Source of the DNA: Phoronis australis
Taxonomy: Eukaryota; Animalia; Phoronida
Assembly: GCA_002633005.1 (NCBI GenBank)
Contig: NMRA01000705.1
Coordinates: forward strand, 130,222 to 194,221
Reading direction: 5' to 3'
Length of the DNA: 64,000 nt
Shown: in pieces, positions 1-10,091 of the stretch
Layout of the letters: each line of letters begins with the position of its first letter
Position numbering within the stretch: the stretch's first letter is position 1
Position numbers and translations under genes: made by a program
Notes under the pieces: model-generated
What the model saw: the letters and a program-made list of their open reading frames with translations, nothing else
Told to the model about the DNA's origin: nothing
The model's database searches: none

Positions 1-340
1 CATCAAATTCTCTAAAACGAAATAATGCTCTATAACCCTTGACAATCCTCAAAAGTTTTTAGGAACATTTGAAAACTCCTTTTAAACTTAACGGATAAGC
101 TTGATCTATGCTTTTATCAAATTACTTGGCAAGAGTAGGAAAACACCACCCAGCAATAACAACAACATCCAATCTGTGACATAAGGGTTATGATTTTTAG
201 ACGATTCCAGCTTTTATCTTACAAGATTGACGCCAATGATGCATTACAAGATGACACAACAAGGATTGATTAAAATCATCATATTAACAGGTTTAGTATC
301 CTATTACCGATTGCCATCTTTAGCATTTTCTAGTTGCTTG
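1..340 (-). mobile_element. Degraded LINE reverse-transcriptase-region fragment in RFWD3 intron
   Basis: Nucleotide similarity to 42300-42520 (e.g. cctcaaaagt..gaaaact..accacccagcaataacaacaac); no intact frame. The LINE assignment is by resemblance only. Confidence 0.4.
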
Positions 341-384
341 AAAGATTTCTGTCAATCAAAAGAGTGAACAAACAGAATACTAAC

Positions 385-484
385 TTTAAGGGTCTTGGCG
401 TAGATGAGTCTGATGTCTGTTTTCTTGGTCTTTGCATTACACTGTGGGCATTTCTTTGAAGACTTTAACCATTTCTCAATACAA
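385..484 (-). CDS. RFWD3: RFWD3 RING exon (C-half)
   Basis: TTACAG|(S)[33 protein letters not shown]|GTTAGT; 100 nt. Confidence 0.92.
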
Positions 485-2475
485 CTGTAATTACACATAC
501 ATGACCATTTCTCGGTACAACTGCTGTTACACACTAATAACCACGTCTTAATCAGGGCTTGGAATGACCAATGACAAAAAACGCGGAAACTTTTACGGCC
601 TAAAACATGCGCGCTACCCAGGATGAAATATTCAATGTGAACCTTTCGCCCACAAAAATCGGGAGGACTAAAAAAAAAACCTTACCACTATCAGTAGCAT
701 GCGTCTGCGTCTTTTTAGCTCGTCCGTCCACTCCCACCCCCACACATTTTTGGCTGCAGAGCCGCAGTATTTGTCACTGCAGTTTACAGTCACACGAGTC
801 GCCATTGAAAATCCCACCACGCTATCCCAGATGCCCCGGCAATGTAGACAATTTATGTTCCCCCAAAACATAAAGAGCAAATTCCGCTTTTCGAGGTGAA
901 AGTCGTCGGCAACGCCGCGGTAAGAAAGGAATTTGCCATGGAAATTTTATATCAAATCCGGTTTTTTACGCAGAAATATAATAAAATACGCGGACAGAAC
1001 ATTTGAAAAAAAAACGGAAATCCGCGTTTCCACGGAAAATTACAAGCCTTGCTTAATACAACTTCAAATATACACAAACACAATCACTTCTCGATACAAC
1101 ATTACTGTAAGTACACAAACACACACAACCACTTCTCGCACTTCTCGACAGAAGTGTCCTTAAGCAATATCTAGAGCAAAATATGAACAACCTTTACATG
1201 AAGAGTTTTCTAAACGAAAGCACTTAATACAAACCTTTGGCCAAACAAATGTCCACACTTAAGTGAAACTAATCGGTGGTCACCTGAATTGCTCCAGTCT
1301 TCAAAACAAATAGGACAACCCTGAAATGAAATAAATCTTTATGTTATCATACAAGCACCCAAGAAGGTTCCATTCTCAGGCAAGCAAATGATCTCCTATT
1401 AGTTTGATCAGAAGAGATTTCTAGACTACAGAATAACTGACAATTGGTCAGTGCTTGAGACTATGTTCAAAAAGTCATGTAGACTCCAGCAATATGACCA
1501 GTCAGTTCTCCCTAAGCACATAAATCACTTCTTATCCCCATATAGAATAGGTCGAGACCACACTTTACAACAAATGATCTAAATCAAAAGTAAGCCTTTA
1601 AGGCAGAAAGCATGTTTATAGAGTTCTAAATTAATAAGTCTTTGGTTATTGGCTGCTTGAAGTAGAGACATTACTACAATTATGGAAGTCAATATACGCC
1701 TTACATGACATCATACCTCATCCTCAGATGTCACTGAAGTAGATGGACCAGCCACAGAACAATTTGTTCCAACACCACCACCAGTGGCAGTTTCCATAGC
1801 AACCTCCACATCATCCTTATCTTCATCATCACTACCCTCAATAGCGCCATCATTATTGTCATCATCATCATCATCGTCATCAGTTACAGTTTCAACAGCA
1901 GTCAAGTCAATAACATTAGCTGTACGGTGTAGTGGATAAACTTCCTCATGTGTTAGGTCTACAACAGTCGATGGACGTCTTGGAGTCCTCTCCTGTGTTA
2001 AATCTATAACGTCTGGAGCATCATTGTGGCTGACTGTAGCTTGTACATTCACAGATATTGCGTTATTGTTAACATGCACATCCACACTACTTATCACCGG
2101 TCGTGGCCGGTTACCATGAGTTGGTGCGGAGCCATACATATCGTTTATAAGATCGCCTTCACGCGCCAACTGATCACGAATATGCTGTATTGCAGACTCC
2201 CTCTGAATGATTTGATCGCCCTCTGTCATTAGTTGTTGTTGAATTGTCCTCACAGCTTGCACATCTTCAGCAGTTCTTGTTCCACTCATAGCTACTTGAG
2301 GCCTATTTGACAGAGCAGGAATATCTGTCACTCCGGACCTGGCAGACTCACTTTGCATCACCGATTGACTTGTTGAAGCAAAAGATGTCCTTCGAGATCT
2401 GTCCTCACGTACAGGACTGTCAAACAGTGGAGGGGGGCTTAGATCAGCCCGTTGCCCCGAAGAACTCTGCGACAT
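385..2475 (-). CDS. RFWD3: E3 ubiquitin-protein ligase RFWD3, 5' part (3 coding exons in window: 2475-1717, 1320-1235, 484-385; gene continues beyond the left edge)
   Basis: Spliced translation gives ...SEDE|[29 protein letters not shown]|[33 protein letters not shown], matching the RFWD3-type RING (WxNxGxHRLxxLxCGHLFG...CPQC..K..DI..YA). GT-AG boundaries and phases (0, 2, 0) are consistent. The coiled-coil and WD40 regions are not in the window. Confidence 0.9.
553..1051 (+). mobile_element. Non-autonomous TIR DNA transposon (hAT-like termini) with 6-bp TSD
   Basis: Termini CAGGGCTTG...CAAGCCTTG; CTTAAT duplicated at 547-552 and 1052-1057; a second family member lies at 30059-30313. Confidence 0.8.
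1235..1320 (-). CDS. RFWD3: RFWD3 RING exon (N-half)
   Basis: TTTCAG|[28 protein letters not shown](S)|GTTTGT; 86 nt. Confidence 0.92.
1717..2475 (-). CDS. RFWD3: RFWD3 first coding exon (disordered N-terminus, SIM-like motifs, poly-Asp)
   Basis: 253-codon open frame ending at the donor GAG|GTATGA; upstream acceptor CTTTCAG at 2547. Confidence 0.85.
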
Positions 2476-3610
2476 TCTTGAGAGACCTCAGAATGTGTTA
2501 TTAACCATCTACCTTTCAGTGCTTCACCTGCTCATAAAAAGATAGTCTGAAAGCATATCAGAATTACTTGTACTTCTACCATTTCTGCTGGTTGAAAACA
2601 AAAATCAAATTCAGCCTTTTACTTTCATGAAATCGGTTTTCAAATATTCTTTACTGTTTTACAATTCCGTTGCAACTACCAACTCAAGTCATAGGCAATG
2701 CCTACAAATGCAATTTTCAAATTTGCAACCCTTCTTAAGACACTGGACTGATGGTTTTGATGTTGTTGAATTCTATTACGTCAACGCACATTGGGAGAGT
2801 AAAAAACCCTAATTGATTTGTGTTTTTAGCCAACATTAACAGAAGCCATGGCAACACTTTGCAACATTGAGTTCAGTCTCACACTGCGTTTATTTCACAT
2901 AGTTGACTGAATTGGTAAATGAAGCATAAAAGCATTCGACAAGCTACACTTCTAATATCACAGTATTGAATAAGGTACCAAATACCTTTCTATTGATACT
3001 TCACTGGTTTGATTTGGTATTCAGCACTATTGCGACCAAACTAAGTCACGCATGGACAACCTCGGCAGTTTCTAAAATTTCAAGATCTTCACCGACTTCA
3101 GATGGATGTTGTCTTTCAACATTGATTGCTGGTTTTAACAAGAAAACATGAAGCTGTTTTGAGGCATCACTAATCAACCACTTGTACTTATAAAGATTTT
3201 CATTATGATCCTCCCGCATCTGACATCACCAAAAAGAAAGTAAAAGCTACATTCCGATTCTCAATAATTTAATAGACAGATTATTAGTTACAGATATTTT
3301 AACGTTGTCAATACATGTCCCAAAGTCCCAATCTCGGTAAATTCCCCTGAACGGCTGAATCAATTCAAAGTACCAATTGCTTCCTTGAACAGAACATGTC
3401 CAACACGGCTCCTGATCGGGCTGAAATCATCCAGACATTTGTGATTTGATGTCTATCTCTTGTCACTGGGTCAGTTGATCATAGCAGTGTATCACTTTTG
3501 CTTGAATAATTCACAAAGTCCAGATCTGTGGCACCTTTAAACAAAAAAGGTAAACTGAATTCAGAATAATCGCCTAAATGAGAAAAGTTTAAAAGTGATT
3601 ACGAAAAATC

Positions 3611-4160
3611 AACAATACATTCCCAGAAGTCCCGCACTCTAGCGGCACTAGGCGGGAAATTCAAACACATTACGCAACCAGTTTGCTTTACAATAACTCG
3701 GTAATTGAGCCTTGGGGTAGCATAGAACTCCATTTTAACAAGGTATAATTAGCTGTTTAGGTCTCAGGCATATAATCAATAGCACCAACCACACTATGAA
3801 GACAAGTACACCCGGGTCAAAAAGTAGTTGCCAACTAATTGTTTCCTGCTCAAAAACCGGAAGTTAGAAAACTTTATAAGCGCGAATTTAAGTGTGCGAT
3901 TCAGAAATTTGTCGACAAGTTAAGCAACTTTGATGTATCGTAATTATTAGGAAGTCAAACCAAAGCGAAATATGATATAATTTGTTCAATTTACTTTATA
4001 TGTACCAACATTTGAAACAGTTAAGTCGAAATTGTTAATTATCGCTTCCTGCCTGGCCCAAATCAGACGATTCCCGCGAAACCCAAAAAGGCATCGCAAT
4101 ATTGTTGAGGTAATTTTGGGTCTAGGATTCCAATGAACTGCCGAACGGAAGAGTAGGTGA
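3611..4160. promoter_or_regulatory. Candidate bidirectional RFWD3/HINFP promoter
   Basis: ZNF143/SBS-like TACATTCCCAGAAGTCC (~3616-3632); E2F+CHR-like GGCGGGAAATTCAAA (3651-3665); ETS CCGGAAGT (3857-3864); E2F-like TTCCCGCGAAA (4071-4081); + strand donor TAG|GTGAGA at 4157. Confidence 0.5.
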
Positions 4161-5349
4161 GACCTGTGATTTTCGACTCCAGGGTATCCTGTTTGTTTGA
4201 GAAAGGGCTATTAACTGGTTGACCAATACTGCGGTTCACTACAGACATAGCCTTGGCTTTGCCACTGCCACAGGGCCAGGCTATGGCATGCCGCATAGCC
4301 TAGCCATGCAGCCAGCTAGCTGTATGAAGACTATCGTATCGTCAAAATACAGCTAGTTACCACTGCGTGTAGGCAATTACATTGCCGAATGCTGCAGCCA
4401 TGCAGGGGCAATAGTACAACCTCATAAAAAGTTACTCGTCTCAAAATGCAGCAAATACACCGTCACCGGTGACCTAAACTCGTGAATATAAGCCTAATAT
4501 AAAAAAGCATCTGATTGTCCATTAGCAACTGCTCATGTGATGTCATGGACATATATAAGCTTTCACAAATATACGTGACCGTTTCGTTTAGATGGAAATA
4601 CAGGAAGTAAGACCACACATATCGTCTACAGTGCTTACAGTTACTCTAGACAACATAAAAACGCATTACATTGTTTATTAATTCAGTTTCAATTGAAATA
4701 AATTGTTATGTGTTTTGTACCCAAGTTCGATGTTCACAGATGTTTTCAATGAGGTAGTCCACGTAAAACGCTAAGAACCTCGCATCAATTATCCCTCTGT
4801 ATTTTCTTGCCTTACATTTGGACTTGATGGACTCAGGGGCACTTTGATTACATTGTTCAAGCCACCCCTGGAACGCGACGTGTTACTACAAATCTGAACA
4901 ATGTTTAGTTTCAAAAATATTTTCTGAAAATGCACAAAAAAGTGTTTTAAGATACATTTGTAAAAAGAAGCCACCCACTCACTGTTTATTTTCATAGTGT
5001 GAATATCAAAAATCTTCCGGGTATTCATTTGACGTTTGTAAGCAGACAAATGCTGGAAACTTCAACACTATGTGTCGCGGGACCGCGCAGAAGTGGAAAT
5101 AAGATCGTTCACTACTTTAGGGCACTCGCGACTTTAGGACCTCAGCGGTACTATATGATTAGAAGGCACCTTACCTCAACTTGATAAACCGCTGGTCCCG
5201 GACACAGCAAATGCACTTGCAAATATGATGTGAGTAGAAATGCGTCTAGAACGACTTAGCACATCTTGCCTGTCAGAAGGTCCAAGTATGAAGAAAGTAT
5301 TACTATAAGTACTAGAATGGCTTACCTCAGTTCAGCTTCCCTCAGTCTA

Positions 5350-5934
5350 GACAGTGACCACTGTCTTATTGGCACGTAGGATGGTGGAGCTCCTGTAGGT
5401 GCTTCATACGCCGGCAGCTTTTCAGTGAATTATGCCTTGCACTGACTAAAACATCAAAGTCACATTGTAATAAATACCTTTTTGCTCAAAAAGGGACTAC
5501 TTAGGAGGCTGTCGATGTATGTAATTCCTTCCAACTCGAGCAAATACTCCCGTTATCAAACTTTTTCTTCAAGCAGTCCATCGTGCAGTTCCCAGTCGGT
5601 ATCTCACCATTTTTAACAATGCGCGTGCCAGGTGGTGTGACGTCATATCCCCTGGCACGCGCAGTGTTAAAATGGTGAGTTGCCGATTTTGGGAACTGAA
5701 CGAGGGACTGCTCGAAGAAAAGTTTGATAACAAAGTTGTTCGAATTAGAAGGAATTTAATACATCGACGGCCTCCTAAGGTGTCCCGCTATGTGCAAAAG
5801 GTATTTATAACAACGTAGCATTGATATTTTAGTCAGTGCAAGGCATAATTCGCTGAAAATCTTCCAGCGTATGAAGCACCTATAGGAGCTTCACTGTCTC
5901 TATTGTGGAAGCTGTAGAGACAGTGGTCACTGTC
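5350..5934. mobile_element. ~585-bp foldback (palindromic) non-autonomous element
   Basis: Left and right halves are imperfect reverse complements from GACAGTGACCACTGTC to GACAGTGGTCACTGTC, centred on TGACGTCA near 5640. Confidence 0.8.
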
Positions 5935-7652
5935 CTCCCAGAACTCTACAAACTACTGCAGGTAAGATGCAGATACACACGTATGTACACAGTGACTATC
6001 CCAAGTCACACACACTGCAATAGCATGTCTGAACACTCAGACTTCACGGCGGCAACTCCCTAACTCGGAACTGCTTCTCAACAGGGATTCTGAAACTCCC
6101 AGGATGTGACGTAACTTCCGCTTGGTGTCACTACCATAGATTTACTATAGCGTATTCACTACACATGCATGTGTGCACATGATGGAGTAATTAACACACG
6201 TCACCATGACTCTGGATACAGTTACGTTTAGTTGAGTTTCTCTCACGGGGTGCCATTTTGAAGAAGTTACGTGAAATTAGGTTAAGGGACACAAATCTTA
6301 CAAATTTCACCTGATATCTTCCCACATGCTATTTTGCAAGTGCCACGCACCAGGTCACGCGCTTCGCTCAGTCTCGCGTTAGCCTTTGCCTAACTCATGT
6401 GACTCAGTTGAAATACTTTGTGGTTATCGTGCGCACAGTGAAAAAGTTAACGATGACCAAAAAAGTGGAGTTGAAATTTTTCGCCAAAGTTACCTTAATT
6501 CTTGTAGCTATGCTACATCGAAGACATGTATAGAAGCAGAAAGGATCACTGAAGAAAGTATTCAAGCACTTTTTTAAGTGATAGTTTTAAGTGTAGAATG
6601 TATTTTTGACGAGGTGAAAACTCTTAATCTTCTGTGTGCGGATTTCACATACCGCCCGTTTAAAATACACAGAACAAAATTAGTACAGAAAGCGGTGGTA
6701 AGTATTGTATCCCCTAACCAGCCAACCAAGGGCCTATGTGTTGCTTATACTGTGTGTTAAGCTCTGATACCTCGAAATTGCAAACAGCCGGGTTAGTTCT
6801 ACTCTTCACCTTGCCGTGAAACAATCAACATATAGAGCTAAAGACCGGCGGGGCTGCATGCAAAATCTGGGAGTCAACCGACACTCGCCTTGCTCGTTAC
6901 ATACCTTTAAGTGAAAAACAATCAAGTAAAATCATTTTCTTACCTAATTATCCGCCTTTTGTAACAAAGAAAGTATGTTGTCGTTTTAAAAGCAGTATGC
7001 TCATGACACACACATGCGCCATTTCCTAAAGTTTTGCGACATCTCTCGGTAGATGACAACAGCTTCGTAGCATCAAAATTTGTTCTGAAATTGAGTTTGC
7101 TGGTGTCAAAATTCTATATAATTTATAATTAAGTGAAACCAGTTCAGATAATTTGTTGTGACATGTACGCAACCTCATGAAAGAATAACAGTTGATTGAA
7201 GATTCGGCAAAAAAAGAAATTGGTTAATTGGTGACGCAATACCTCATGGCGCCGAAACAGCGAAAGCCGACTCAAAAGATTGCACCTCAAATTTAGCAAC
7301 AGAATGACGGTAGAACAACAATTTTTCTAACACGGGTAAATAATTTAGTTTACTCATGGAAGAGTGTAGTTTTTAATGACACTTATTTTGTGTCAGATTT
7401 TATCTGGTCAGTTTTTTACCACATCGGCTCAAAGCTGTAGCTTTGTACCAAGGCTACCTTTGCCCTTGGCCTTGGCCTGGGGCTACCAGTAGCCAGCCAG
7501 CTAGCTGTATGTAGACTTTGATCAAAATACAAGTAGGTACCATTGTGTCATGAGCTCCGTTAGACCCCGAAATTTCACACAGCCCGGTAAGTTCTGCTCT
7601 CACCTCGCCATGAAACATAAATCAACATGTAGAGCTAATGACCGGTGAGGTT

Positions 7653-8079
7653 GACTGTGACCACCGTCTCTAGCTGGCTCAGTGTAGCTCCCATAGGAGC
7701 TTCATACGGCAGAAGCTTTTTGACGAATTATGCCTCACATTGGCTAAAACATCAAAGTTACATTGCTATAAATACCTTCTGCGCATAGAGAGGCACCTTA
7801 GGAGGTCGCTGGTGTCTTTAATTCCTTCGAACTTGAACGAATACTCCCCTTATCAAACTTTTTCTTCGAGCAGTCCCTCGTTCAGTTCCCAAAATTGGTA
7901 ACTGGCCATTTTTATACTGCACATACCTGTAGATATGACATCATACCATCTGTCATATCACAACATGACTTTGATGTTTTAGTCAGTGTGAGGCATGATT
8001 CAAAAAGCTCTTGGCATATGAAGCTCCTATAGGAGCTACAACGTCTTTACTGAGCCAGCAAGAGACGGTAGTCACTGTC
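7653..8079. mobile_element. Internally deleted copy of the 5350-5934 foldback element
   Basis: Similar termini (GACTGTGACCACCGTCTC...GAGACGGTAGTCACTGTC) and same arm sequence. Confidence 0.75.
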
Positions 8080-8254
8080 TATCTGCAGGGTTGCATGCAA
8101 AATCTGGGAGTCGACGGGCACTCGCTTCTTAATTCTTCTTCCTAATACACCAGACTTCAATAAGTTGAAGGCGCTGGTGGACGTCACTCTGGAGACAATA
8201 TTGTTAACGAATTAATAAGCGATCAAGTGTAACAGTTGAGATGCATAGTGTAGA

Positions 8255-8415
8255 TTAAAAACAAACGTGTACACTGTCTTGCTTTTGGGAGTGTTCTGAG
8301 CCACCAATCCTATCATGGAAGGTAGCAACATAGGGAGCACTCACAGTGTTTAGGTTGAGATTGTTCCACAACCTAATGCTGGATGGGAAGAAGCTATGGA
8401 AATAATAAGTGAAAA
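8255..8415 (-). mobile_element. LINE 3'-end fragment (CR1/L2/RTE-type)
   Basis: Translation YYFHSFFPSSIRLWNNL matches the SFFP-x-IR-x-WN motif typical of LINE ORF2 C-termini. Confidence 0.65.
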
Positions 8416-9895
8416 GCAATCTAGTAAATGTCATTTTCTTGCATATTTCTCTGCCTTTTGTAACAAAGAAAAGTCTGTCATCATTTTGAAAGCGGTACAC
8501 TCGTGACATGCCCACACACCATTTCCTAAAATTTTGTGACATCTCTCGGGAGATGATGACAGCTTTGTAGCAGCAAAATTTGTTCTGAAATACAGTTTGC
8601 TAAAAACTTGTAACTAAATTCAACAAGCTCTGATAATTTGTTGTGACATCTATGCAACCTCATGGAAGAAAAGAATAATTGATTGAAGAATGGGGGGAAA
8701 AAGAAACTGGCCAATAGGTGATACAATGTTTCATGGTGCCGAAAGCCATGCACCACAGTTTTAGCAGCAGAATAGCAATAGAACGCCAATTTTTCTTACC
8801 CCGGTATATAATTTAGTTCACTCAAAGAAGAGTATAGGTTTTTGATGACAATAATTTTGTGTCAGATTTTATTTGTTCACTTGTTTATCCACATCGGTGC
8901 AAAGCTATATATTTTGTGTATATCTTTGCACCAAGGCTACCTTGGGGCATTTATTATATCGTTTTTCACTTAAACGGCTGCAACAGGCAAGGTGAGATTT
9001 TGCATGCACCCCACCGGCCGTTAGCTCTAGATGCTATGTGTTTACCCATGAGGTGATGAACAAAACTACCTGGGCTGTGTGAAATGTAGGGGTCTAATGG
9101 AGCTCAACACAGTGGTATAAAGTTGCATTTTGATGATAGTCTTCATACAGTGAGCTGGCTGACTACCTTGTAGCAGGACTTAAGCCCTGCTGTAAAGTCT
9201 GTCTCAAACCACTGCTATTCACGTGCTGGCTTTGCTTGCAACTGCAAGCAAAGCCAGCACATGAAATGTAGAATCTGCGACCTTCACAATAGTTTAAATA
9301 CATTCCCAGATTACAAAATTATCGTCCTCTGTTCTGTTCATGTTTCCTGCACAAGAATTACCAAATGAAACCAAAATTTGTCATTGAAAAAGGCTAGCTT
9401 CAAAATGGAGACTTTGACATCCTTTTTCATTTACTCCAGATTAAGAACTCGAGGGTCGGTCTCGTTTGTGTATCAACCAATGGCATTCAGGTGTAAAGTA
9501 GTTCATTGGGTTAACTGCTGACATCTTATTACAAATCCTGACTTCAACTTACGGTAGTATACTTATTAGCAAGATGGTGTCAAGAGCAAGATATTTATGT
9601 GGAAAATGTTGACATTTTTACATGTACTGCCGACTTCTTTCATTAAATGACTTTTTCTTGTTTTCATTAGGAACTGGTATTGTATATTGCAATGTCTGGG
9701 CAAAACTATGTTCACCAGTTTAACAACCTTTGGAAGCGTGTCTTGAAATACTTATTTACAAGCCCAAATCTGTAAGTGGCGAATATGTCCTCACCCACAT
9801 TTTCGAGCGGACATATTCATCTGTGTCCAGTGCTGATTTTGCATGGTCACCTTTTGGAAACTGCCCATTTCAGCCATTCCTTTATCGTTTCAGGA

Positions 9896-10091
9896 ATGCC
9901 CCCTCGTAAGCCTAAGCAGAAGGCTGTTGTCCAGGCTAAGACTATCCTCTATCAGTTGAATTGTGAATGGCAAGACTGCTGCTCGTGCTTTGACTCAATA
10001 GAGGGCCTACTAAGTCATGTCTCGGACCATCTCCAGCTATTTTTGGTGAAAGTAAATGAAAGTCTTTGGTCGGTTTCTCAAGATCAAGAAG
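9896..10091 (+). CDS. HINFP: HINFP coding exon 1
   Basis: TTTCAG|GA ATG; MPPRKPKQ...LNCEWQDC...HVSDH; donor G|GTAACT. Confidence 0.9.

Larger units (their letters stand above)
6780..9190. repeat. Composite repeat: two diverged direct copies of an ~0.8-kb unit (6780-7560, and 7570-8950 interrupted by insertions) plus an inverted end (8950-9190)
   Basis: Shared blocks such as tgcatgcaaaatctgggagtc, gtaacaaagaaa.., caacctcatg.., caaggctacctt; inverted copy of the tagagctaa/tgtatgaagactatc block at 9020-9160; related segment at 4310-4360. Confidence 0.6.

Noticed and set aside
385-2475. Calling the SIM+RING gene RNF4
   Set aside because: The RING sequence ([17 protein letters not shown]...CPQC..DI..IYA) is RFWD3-type, and the frame continues into further exons instead of ending at the RING.
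3250-3534. Minus-strand frame interrupted only by three TGA codons (selenoprotein or readthrough idea)
   Set aside because: No start context, no recognisable protein or SECIS; compatible with chance in UTR sequence.
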